Source: Mobula hypostoma (lineage: Eukaryota). From it: DNA of 64,000 nucleotides. Position numbers and translations under genes: made by a program. The DNA lies in the NCBI RefSeq assembly GCF_963921235.1, contig NC_086109.1:1488001-1552000 (forward strand). The letters run 5' to 3'. Of this stretch, positions 1 to 47,000 are shown in pieces (position 1 is the first letter of the stretch; each line of letters starts with the position of its first letter). Under the pieces are notes generated by a model, which was not told where the DNA came from, made no database searches, and saw only the letters and a list, made by a program, of their open reading frames with translations.

Positions 1-3000
1 TTGGGGAACACGTGATAAAATAGGCTGAAATCCACATTGTTTCCTTAAAGGGAAATCTTGTCTCACAAATCTGTTGGAATTCTTTGAGGAATTAACAGGC
101 AGGAGAGAAAAGGAGATTCAGTGGATGTTGACGAAAAGATCTGCAGATGCTGGAGGAGCTCAACGGTTCAGGCAGCACTTGTGGAAAAGAGTAAACAGTT
201 GCTGTTCTGGGCTGAGACCCTTCATCAGGAGGACTGTTTATTCTTTTCCATAGATGTCGCCTGGCCCGCTGAGTTCCTCTAGCATTTTGTGTGTGCTGTT
301 CAGTGGATTTTGTTTGATTGGATTTTCAGAAGGCCTTTATCAAGGTGCCACATACACGAGACTGCAAAACAAGATAGAAACCACAGTATTACAGGAATGA
401 TACTAGCATGGATAGAAAGGTTAACTGGCAGAAGGCAAAAAGGGAAAAAGGTGCCCTTTTCTGTTTGGCTGCCTGAGACTAGTGATGTTCCAGAGATGTC
501 AGTATTGAGCCCACTTTTTATGCTCTCTGTCAATGATTAGGATGATGGAATTGATGGCCTGTGGCTAAGTTTGCAGATGACACAAAGATAGGTGGAGGGG
601 CAGGTAGTGCGGAGGAAGTAGACTCCCTATAGAAATTATGTGAATGGTCAAAGAAGTGGCAGGTGGTTTACAGTGTAAGGAAGTATATGGTCATGCACTT
701 TGAGTAAAGGCATAGTCAAAGAAAACAGCTCCAAGACCTGGGCCTCCATACCCACTGCTGCAACTGAATCCTTGACTTAATCACTAGTAGTTCGCTGTCC
801 TTGTGGATTAGAAATCACATCTCCAATGATGGCAATCAACATTAGTGCACCTGAAGCATGTGTTCTTAACCCACAATCTCTATACTCACAACTGTGTGTC
901 TAGGCACAGCTTAAATGCCATCTATAAATTTGTTGGTGACGATTATTGTTTGCAGAATTTCAGCTGGTGGCAAGAACGTATACAGGAGTGAGATAGATCA
1001 GCTGGTTAAGTAGTAACACAGCAACAACCTTGCACTCCACATTGGTAAGACCAAGGAACTGATTGCAGACATCAGGAGGAGTAAGTCGAGGGAAAACACA
1101 ACAGTGCTCATCGGGGTTCAGAAATGGAAGGGGTGAGCAGTTTGAATTTCCCGAGGATCCATCCTGTGCTCAACATATTGATGCAATTATAAACTAGGAA
1201 CAACAGTGGCTGTATTTAATTAGGAGTTTCAGGAGAATTGGTATGCCCCACCACCAAAGACACTCCCATATTTCTACAGATATACTGTGGAGGGCATTCT
1301 AACTGATTGCATCACCATCTGGTACAGAGGGGCAACTGGAGAGGATCGAAGAGAGTTGCAGGAAGCTGTAAACTCAGCCAGCTCCATCATGAGCACCGGC
1401 CTCCTCAGCATCCAGGACATCTCCAAAAGGTGATGCTTCTAAAACAATTAATGACTTCCATTACTCAGGACATGCCCTCTTCTCATTGCTACCATCGAGG
1501 TGGTACAGGAGTCTGAAGACACACATCCAACCTTTCAGGAACAGCTTTTACCCCCTCCACCATCACGTTTCTGATGACAATGAACCCACGAACACCTCTT
1601 TCGTACTCTCTCCCCCTTTTTGCACTACTTAATTTTTAAAAAAATATATACGTATTGTAATTTATAGCTTTATTGAGTATCACAATGTACTGTTACACAA
1701 AACATGCTGGTGATATTAAACTTGAGTCTATTTTCTAAACCGAAAGGAAATTCAGAAATTGGAGTTGCAAAAGGACTTAGGAGCCCTTGTGCAGGATTCT
1801 CTAAAGGTTAAATTGCACGAGCCAGTGTTAAGGAAGGAAACTGCAACACGAGCATTTATTTTCAGGACTTGAAAATAAAAGGAACGATGCTATGCTGACA
1901 CTTTCTAAGGCATTGGTCACACTATATTTGTAGTATTGTGAATCCATTTAGGACCTACCCAAAGGCTTGACAAGAAGCTCAGAAACCTCGGCCTGCATGC
2001 CGCCTTGTACATCTGGATCTTGGACTTCCTGTTGGATCGCCAGCAGGTGGTAAGGATTGGTACCCTCACCTCTGCCCCTCAAAACAGGAGCCCCCCCAGG
2101 GATGTGTCCTGAACCCCTTCTCTACTCCCTATACATCCATGACTATGTTGCCATGCACAGCTCTAATCTGCCTGATCAAACTTGCAGCCAACATAGGGGT
2201 GCCACGGAAGCAACTTCTCCCTCAATGTCCAAAAAATAGTTGATCATGGATTACAGGAGGAATGGAGATACATCAATGTGACTGTAGTTGAGAGGATGAG
2301 TAGTTTCAACTTCTGCAGTATGATCTCACCTGGACAATACACACCAGCTGTGTGTTGAAATAAACACAACAGTGCCACTTTCACCTCAGACGGCTGAAGT
2401 TTGGCATGAGTCCCCAGATCCTCGGGAATTTCTACAGGGGCACCATCGAGAACATCCTGACTGGGTGTGTCATTGGCTGGCACGGGAACTCTACCACCCC
2501 CAATCGCACGACACTTCAGAGAGTGGTGCGGACAGCCCAGCACATCTGTGGATGTGAACTGTCCTCTATTCAGAACACTTACAGCAGCAGGTGCGTAAAA
2601 AGGGCCTGGAGGATCATCAGAACTCTAGCCACCCCAATTACAAATTGCTCCAGCTGCTTCCATCTGGAAAATGGTACCGCAGCATTAAAGCCAGGACCAA
2701 CACCTGTCTGGGACAGTTTCTTTCACCAGGCCATCAGAGTTATTAATCTGATTACATACCTGACTGTACATAAACAATTATGCATAGAGTCTCAGTGTTT
2801 GGGCAATATCCTCCCAAGTTTCCCTTCCTTATTGCTTGTACACAGCGACGGAAGTGCAACAAAGATTTTCTACTCCCTCATATTGTGAGATGGATGTAAC
2901 AAATAAAATTCTCATCTAATCGGAAAAAAAAATGATGGGTTTGAAGAGTGCCTAGAGGACATTTATGAGAATGATCCCAGGGATGAGGGTTAATGTATGA

Positions 3001-3060
3001 ATGTTTGATGGTCTGGGCCAGTACTTGCTAGAGTTTTGATCTAGGAAAGGGGGATCTAGT
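1..3060 (+). mobile_element. CR1 RT fragments interrupted by two Rex1/Babar LINE fragments (about 725-1720 and 1965-2915)
   Basis: CR1 KFADDTK/DFQKAF motifs; Rex-type ORF 2406-2888 (NFYRGTIENILTGC...W.GN). Confidence 0.8.
131..298. mobile_element. Fold-back Penelope-like terminal-repeat derivative, decayed hammerhead
   Basis: Same family as 8076-8336; 14-bp TSD ttcagtggat(g/t)ttg at 117 and 299. Confidence 0.7.
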
Positions 3061-4185
3061 GGTACCTCCCACTGAAAAAAAAACCTGCCCCACTCCTCCC
3101 ATTTTACTTGTCTCTTCTCAACTGAATTGCTCAGCATCTGTGATATTTCTACCTCAAGAAATAGATTCCATCTTTCTGCACCTCATAATGGTGATGAATA
3201 CATTGTGAAGCGCAGAGGTGTAGACTCAGTGTCCCGAGACCAGAAGGCAGCTCCAGGATCAGAGACGGAGGCAGCTGGCTCAGTGTGAGATCAGCCCTTC
3301 TCCTTGGGGAAACTTGAAACTGGGTCTCAGTCCCACTGCAGCTGCTGGGTTCCAGGTTCCCAGACCTCCTCAGGCAGGGGAGAGGCTGGGCCCCATTGCT
3401 CTATTTCACAACAGGAAGACAGACTGGAGCCAAAATAACATCAAGCCGCCATTTTAATCAGAGCTGCCCGTTCACCATTTCCCTCAAGAGCATCACTGAG
3501 GCACGTTTACGAGATCTAATCAGCACTGTTTTGACTTTCAGAATTCAGTAAAAAGACCACACTCCAACCCTATCAATTGTTTACCAGAGTCCTAGCCAAA
3601 GCTTCATGTTCACTCCATAAAATTATAAAACTGATAAAATACATGGCCAGTTCTCCCATTTACAGTCTCTACTGGTACTTTGTAAGAGAAACACCCTGCA
3701 CACAGCATTGTATAACAAATACTACTGAAAAATGACCTCGCTGCGTTCTTCCCAGGGAGGGGTGTCAGGGCCAAAGGGGGCTTCGGAGGTCTTATAGAGG
3801 CAGTAAAGGGTGCAGGGTGCGGACAAAGAGGGGCATGGGAGTGTGAGAGACAGGAGTAATGTAGGGGATAGGGTTGGTTCCGGGACAAGGAAGGATGTAG
3901 GACCTGGAGGCGCTAGAGAAAGGTATGACACAGCAGTCACAGAGACACGAAGGGTGCACAGAACAAAGGGAAATTGAAGAGGAGGGTGAAATATGTTTCA
4001 GGGATGGGGGAGATGGTGTGGCTGTCCTGGCTAAGGATCTGAAGGGACTGGTGACCTGGGGAGCTCCACAGACACCTCGAATAACAGGATTTGATGTTGC
4101 AGGGCTGCAGTCTTTAAATGTGGGAAGGTTCAGAAGGGGATCAGGTAAGAGGGTTATCACAGTACCTAGGCAATGGTCGACTTAC

Positions 4186-4234
4186 CAGCTCTGGAGGAGT
4201 GGAAGAGGAAGATGAGGACAAGAATAGCCTTCAT
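4186..4234 (-). CDS. FCER1G: Probable exon 1 (signal peptide MKAILVLIFLFHSSRA-) of Fc receptor gamma chain; remaining exons probably left of the window
   Basis: gccATGA Kozak context; hydrophobic leader; G|GTAAGT donor. The 49-nt coding length matches human FCER1G exon 1 as recalled, and it lies directly downstream of NDUFS2 on the same strand as in human. Exon 2 was not found in the window. Confidence 0.65.
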
Positions 4235-4299
4235 GGCGCAGCGGGTGGGAGGCTGAGCGCAAGTGCACTGTAAGGGTCCGTGCGTCCTGCCTGCTGGGC

Positions 4300-4400
4300 T
4301 TGTTACTTCTGTGCACAGGGAGGAAGTGAACAAACTGGAGAGCTTAGCCAGTGATGTGTGGTCAGAGTGTCACTGACTTCCGAGAGCACAGGAAGTGGAG
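4300..4400. promoter_or_regulatory. Cluster of ETS-type sites upstream of the putative FCER1G exon 1
   Basis: AGGAAGTG at 4321 and 4390, ACTTCCG at 4376. Confidence 0.45.
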
Positions 4401-5018
4401 CTGGGTGGGAGGGGTCAGACAGATGGACAGGGGTGGGGTGAACAGCAAGTCAGAGAGAGAGAGAGAGAGCGAGCGTGCAAGAGAGAGACGGGAGAGGGAC
4501 GGAAGCAGTTTGAAAATCTGGGAGGGGGAAGAGGTGCTGAGAGAGGGAGTGCAGCAGATTGAAAGAGGGGTGGATGGAAGGAGTGTAGAGAGGGAAGAAT
4601 ATTAGTGTGGTTGAGAAACAAAGCATATGAGAGGGAGTGGGTCTGGGGCGGGGGGTGCAACACGGGGAAGTGGCAATAGAGAAAAGTGATAGACAAAGGT
4701 GATGGAGGGGCAGAAGGGACAAAGTTAAGTGGACAGTGTAGGGGCGAAGGGTTTGGTTTGAGGGGATGGGATACAAGTAAAAGCATTAGGATCAGTCCAG
4801 CGTTGTGGAACAGACCCCAGCCAGAGCCTCCCCTCACTGACAATCACAAACCAAGCGTACATCTCCCAGCCGCAGTGCTGGGTGCCCGTGATCCCCCTGC
4901 AGCTTAACAGTTCCCTCACACTGCAGCCCCCCCCTTACCAACACAGAGGCCCTGGACAGAGGGAACTCGCAAGAGGATGTAGTCAGCAATGGTGTGGGCC
5001 AAAAGCTCAGACATTCCA

Positions 5019-5024
5019 TTTATT
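5019..5024 (-). terminator. Polyadenylation signal AATAAA of NDUFS2
   Basis: AATAAA on the minus strand about 140 nt after the stop codon. Confidence 0.7.
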
Positions 5025-5165
5025 TACTTTACATTCAGGCACATACAGACAGAACATGGTTGGTGAAGGGAAGGTGGCAACGACGTGGGAAAGCTCTAGC
5101 TCTGTTCTCGCCACAGGAAGTCGGCAGTAATGCATCAGCCAACTGCTCATCTTCCTGAAGGGTTT

Positions 5166-41354
<36,189 letters not shown>

Positions 41355-41384
41355 TGCTCCGCGACCTTCACCGTTCACTGATGC

Positions 41385-41402
41385 TGCGTGACGTCATTTC
41401 CG
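41385..41402. promoter_or_regulatory. ETS-CRE composite site in the NDUFS2 proximal promoter
   Basis: GTGACGTCATTTCCG about 35 nt upstream of the ATG. Confidence 0.6.
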
Positions 41403-41711
41403 TGTTACTGAGGGGCAAAAGGAACAACGCGGCAACTGAGAGGTGCGGGCCCCATCTTGTTGAGGTCAGCTGCAGGTTCTCCACCCGGGTAAACGGGGAG
41501 CGGCTAGTGCCACCGCCATGTTGTTGAGGAATCAGACTTCCCAGACCCAGTCTGTGAAATGTAGATCACAATCCGCCCACCGAAATAACAGGTCTATTTG
41601 GATCCGATGTTCGTGAGCGAATAGGCTCAAGCATGTTTCGCAGTAGGTGGTTATTAGTGTGATCATCTTAAAATGAAATGAGTCTAATTACTGCATCTCA
41701 AAATATATACG

Positions 41712-42073
41712 TTTTAATACATTTATTATTACTTTATTGTCGCCAAACAATTGATACCAGAGTGTACAATCATCACAGCGATATTTGATTCTGCGCTTCG
41801 CGCTCCTTGGAGTACAAATCGATAGTAAATATAATAAAGATTTAAATTATAAATCATAAATAGAAAATAGAAAAGGGAAAGTAAGGTAGTGCAAAAAAAA
41901 CCCGAGAAGCAGGTCTGGATATTTGGAGGGTACGGCCCAGATCCGGGTCAGGATCTGTTCAGCAGTCTTATCACAGTTGGAAAGAAGCTGTTCCCAAATC
42001 TGGCCGTACGAGTCTTCAAGCTCCTGAGCCTTCTCCCGGAGGGTAGAGGGACGAAAAGTGTGTTGGCTGGGTG
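41712..42073 (-). mobile_element. Rex1/Babar LINE 3' end in the NDUFS2-DEDD intergenic region
   Basis: Near-identical to 46300-46530; Rex-type 3' coding remnant and tail. Confidence 0.7.
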
Positions 42074-42249
42074 ACATTTTTGTCATCAGTCTTGTGGATA
42101 ATGTAAAGCACCATGCCCATAACAAAATAATTCCCGTTGCTCCCTCTGTCACAAAGTACGTTACGCGCTCAGACGATCCTCTCAGTCTCACTTGCATTTT
42201 GGGATTTGTAGACCTAAACAGTTAAAAATTCCAGAGTGGCCAATTGTAG

Positions 42250-42910
42250 GACTAAAACTCCCTGGAGGAAATGCTGTCCATGTGATTTGGGGACGCAGAA
42301 TGGTACGATGGGATTGTTAGTTCTGGTATCCACATCCTTAATTGGATGATTACGGCTGTTCCAAAACATAGACTACATCTCCCAGTGGCCAGCGCGAAAA
42401 TGCCATGCTCAGCCTCTCTCTGACGTCAATGTCTCCATTCGCATCCCATGTACCCAGCAGCCTGACGGGTGTTGTAGTTTGACTTCATAAGCCTGCGTTA
42501 ACATTTAAGGGCAGACCATTAATATGTACTGCAACTCCCGGCTGGCATCGCGGCTCTACCAATTTATACCCGAGGAAGATGGCGGTGGCGCTGAAGAAGC
42601 AGAGGAGGCGGCAGCCACGGCGCTGAAAGCAAAGGAGACGTGCTCCAGACGGTCGAGGGAGGCGTTTAGCAAAAAGGGAAAATTACAGTACAACCAGCAG
42701 AAGTGATTGCGTGAAGCTCCACCCCTCCCCAAGCCTTCGTCCCATTGGTTAAAGCAGCAAAGATGGCTGTCCATTGAGTAGAAACCCCTTTCCAATCGGC
42801 TGGAGTTGGTTATTGGCATCTCTTCGTTTTCCTGCTCCCTCCCAATACATAACTTTGGGCTGGTTGTTATCCCGAACCCTGACCCTGAACTGCGAGAAAA
42901 GGGGCAGGTA
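42250..42910 (+). promoter_or_regulatory. DEDD promoter and probable non-coding first exon
   Basis: ZNF143/THAP11-type ACTACAnnnCCC motifs (42372, 42466 reverse, 42528 variant); CRE TGACGTCA at 42421; YY1 AAGATGGCGG at 42576; several CCAAT boxes; candidate donor CAG|GTAACT at 42907. Confidence 0.6.
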
Positions 42911-43737
42911 ACTGCGCCGCTTTCCCCGAAACCCCCCTTCCTTTGGTCCAGCTTTTTGGAACAAGGCTTTCATATTGTTTGGTCGGTTCCATTTCACCTC
43001 TTTCCATCCGTTCCCTGCCTTGGCTATAAATCCTCAGCTCAAAAGTCTGGCTGGAGCTGTCTTCCCTTGGCAGCCTCTTTTTCCTCGTTTTTGCCCTGGG
43101 TCTATTTACCTGTCCCTCTTTTCCCAAAGACCTTACTTTGTGACTGTCTGCCTTGACCCTTGAGTCACCATCAGTAGTCAGCCTATCAGTCTAAATCAAA
43201 ATATCGATTCTATTTATTAAATTTTTTTGGTAGGAGCAAAGTTCTATTTGTAATTCTGAGGGGATTTTTACTTCAATCAATCCACTTTAATAACCAGGAA
43301 CTCTGAAATTTCAGTTTCCTGCGCAGGGTAGGATAGTATCCCTGGATCTGGAAGCCCTTATTTTAACTGAGGACTCCCTGGCCCCTTTCCCCGACACCTT
43401 CAATCTTGGCTCTTTCTTTCCCCCACCTCTTTTTCTGAGAAGCTACTTTGCAAGGCTCAGTGCCACGTTAGCAGGGGCTTCAATATCTCCTCCAGTGTCT
43501 CTTTGTGCAGGCCACACAGAGCAGGAGGAAGGGGGAGCCCACTTTCTGCATATAGCTGGGTGGTGGGCAGGTGCTAATGGAACGCAGAAGAGTCTGACTG
43601 TCCTAGTGGCAGAGTCGTGCAGCTCCTCTTTTTTGAGGTTCAGGCCCACCTCTTCAAAGGGAGGACAGGACTTGTGGAGGGAAGGGTTGTTTCTCTTTGA
43701 GGACCTAGCACCCCTCTCCACGTGCCCCTCACCTACC

Positions 43738-44062
43738 ATGGCAGCAAAAGGGAAGCGGAGTGGCCAGCAGTGGCCTGAAGACCAGCTGATCCAGCAGCAC
43801 GGGCTGCACTCGTTGCACCGCATGTTCCAGATCGTGGGGGCCCAGCTCACCCACCGGGACGTGCGGGTGCTCTCCTTCCTCTTTGTGGACGTCATCGCCG
43901 ACTACGAGCGGGGACTGATCCGGAGCGGCCGCGACTTCTTCCTCGCCCTGGAGCGGCAGGGGCGCTGCGACGAGACCAACTTCCAGCACGTGCTGCAGCT
44001 CCTGCGCATCATCACCCGGCATGACCTGCTGCCCTACGTCACACTCAAGAGGCGCAAGACTG
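43738..44062 (+). CDS. DEDD: DEDD coding exon 1 (DED domain)
   Basis: accATGG start; 325 coding nt; G|gtaagc donor. Confidence 0.95.
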
Positions 44063-47000
44063 GTAAGCAGCCGCTTTGGGGAGGGAGCACTAGACGAAGC
44101 TGCCGCCTGTGCCCTCAGGCTGAGAGGCAGCATCCCGCAGTTACTGTCTTAAAGAGTTACGTAATGAGCTGATATAGTTATCTCATTGGGGCTTTGTGAG
44201 AATTGGACACCATGCACCCCTGTTTCTGCCATAGCCCGGCACAATCCCCTCCTTTCCTCACGGTCCTGCACCTGTAGTTGCACAGTCTCATACTGTGCTG
44301 TCGTAGAGACCGTGAAGCCTATGGGCTCAAACCAAATGTCAAAGCACTCCCTGACTTAATAGTCATAGAAAAATAGAGCACAGGATCAGGCCCTTCAGCC
44401 CATCTAGTCTGCCAAAGTATTTAAACCGCCTACTCCCATCGACCTGCACCGGGACCATTCCCCTAACATCCATGTAGCTATCCAAATTTCTCCCAAACAC
44501 TGAAGTCGAGCTCACTTGCACCACTTGCACTGGCAGCTGATGATTCGGGCCAAGACCCTTCATCAGTACAGTCCTAATGAAGGGTCTTGGCCCAAAACGT
44601 TGACTGTACTCTTTTCCATAGATGCTACCTGGCCTGCTGAGTTCCTTTTCTACCTGTGACACCACGTTTAATGAACTATGGACATGTATTCCCAGGTCCG
44701 TTTGTTCTGCTGCTCTCCTCAGTGCTCAACCGTTCACTGTGTAAGACTGACCCTAGATGGTATTGTCAAGGTGCAACACCTCATACTTGCCTGCGTTAAA
44801 TTCCATCTGCCATTTTCCAGCTGGTACAGATCCCACTGCAAATCATGATAGCCTTCCTCACTGTCCACTACACCCTCAATTTTGGTGTCATTTACAAATT
44901 TGCTGATCCAGTTAACCACATTATCATCTAAATCATTGATACAGATGCCAAACAACAACGGACCCAACACCAATCCCTGTGGCACACCACTAGTCACAGC
45001 CCTCCAGTCAGAGAGGTAAACATCTACTACCACTCTCTGGCTTCTCCCACAAAGTCAACATCTAGTCCAATTTGCTACCTCACCCTGAATGCTGAGCAAA
45101 CGAACCTTAACCAGCCTCCCATGTGGGACCTTGTCAAATGCCTTGCTAAAGTCCATGAAGACAACATCCACTGCCTTGCCTTCATCAACTTTCCTGGTAA
45201 CATAGAACATAGAATAGTACAGCACAGTACAGGCCCTTCGGCCCACAATGTTGTGCCGACCCTCAAACCCTGCCTCCCATATAACCCCCCACCTTAAATT
45301 CCTCCATATACCTGTCCAGTAGTCTCTTAAATTTCACTAGTGTATCTGCCTCCACCACTGATTCAGGCAGTGCATTCCACGCACCAACCACTCTCTGAGT
45401 AAAAAAAAACACCTTCCTCTAATATCCCCCTTGAACTTCCCACCCTGTACCTTAAAGCCATGTCCTCTTGTATTGAGCAGTGGTGCCCTGGAGAAGAGGT
45501 GCTGGCTGTCCACTCCATCTATTCCTCTGAATATCTTGTATACCTCTATCATGTCTCCTCTCATCCTCCTCTCCAAAGAGTAAAGCCCTTGCTCCCTTAA
45601 TCTCTGATCATAATGCATACTCTCTAAACCAGGCAGCATCTTGGTAAATCTGCTCTGTACCCTTTTCAACGCTTCCACATCGTTCTTATAGTGAGGCGAC
45701 CAGAACTGGACACAGTACTCCAAGTGTGGCCTAACCAGAGTTTTATAGAGCTGCATCATTACATCGCGACTCTTAAACTCTATCTCTCGACTTATGAAAG
45801 CTAACACCCGATAAGCTTTCTTAACTACCCTATCCACCTGTGAGGCAACTTTCAGGGATCTGTGGACATGTACCACCAGATCCCTCTGCTCCTCCACACT
45901 ACCAAGTATCCTGCCATTTACTTTGTACTGTGCCTTGGAGTTTGTCCTTCCAAAGTGTACCACCTCACACTTCTCCGGGTTGAACTCCATCTGCCACTTC
46001 TCAGCCCACTTCTGCATCCTATCAATGTCTCTCTGCAATCTTCGACAATCCTCTACACTATCTACAACACCACCAACCTTTATGTCATCTGCAAACTTGC
46101 CAACCCACCCTTCGACCCCCACATCCAGGTCGTTAATAAAAATCACAAAAGGTAGAGGTCCCAGAACAGATCCTTGTGGGACACCACTAATCACAATCCT
46201 CCAATCTGAATGTACTCCACCACCACCACCCTCTGCCTTCTGCAGGCAAGCCAATTCTGAATCCACCTGGCCAAACTTCCCTGGATCCCATGCCTTCTTT
46301 ACTTTATACGTTATACTTTATACTTTATTGTCACCAAACAATTGATACTAGAATGTACAGTTGTCACAGCGATATTTGATTCTGCGCTTCCCACTCCCTG
46401 GATTACAAATATTAAATACTAAAAATTTAAATTATAAATCATAAATAGAAAATAGAAAAATGGAAAGTAAGGTAGTGCAAAAAAACCGAGAGGCAGGTCC
46501 GGATATTTGGAGGGTATGGCCCCCTGGGTCAGGACTTTCTGAATAAGCCTACTGTGTGGCACCTTGTCAAATGGCACCTGGAAAAACTGAATAGGATTAG
46601 TTTGACATGACCCACCATACACACAGCCATGCTGACTATGCCTGATCAGTCCCTGTCTATCCAAATACTCATACAGTATATCCGGCCCCTTAGAAGACCT
46701 TCCAATTACTTGCCCTCCACTGATTTCGGACTCACCAGCCTATAATTCCTGGATTAATTTTAGGGCCTTTATTAATCAGTGAATATTAGCTATCCCTCAA
46801 TCCTCTGGCACCTCACCTGTTGCCAAGGATAATTTAAGTATCTCTGCTAGGCCCCTGCAATTTCTGCACATTACAGATTCTCAACCTGCCCATTACTTCT
46901 GTGAACACCAGGGAATTGAATGATAAATTTACTGCAGCCAGCCTGTGGGAGGAAACTGGAGAACCCAGGGAAACCCACGTGCTCACAGGGGAGACGTGCG

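Noticed and set aside
3610-3740. Possible FCER1G exon 2 (ICY... peptide on the minus strand)
   Set aside because: Lacks the CY.LD.IL..YG transmembrane motif and a suitable donor.
43495-43737. 81-codon N-terminal extension of DEDD in the ORF track
   Set aside because: Starts at GTG with no homology; accATGG at 43738 matches the known N-terminus.
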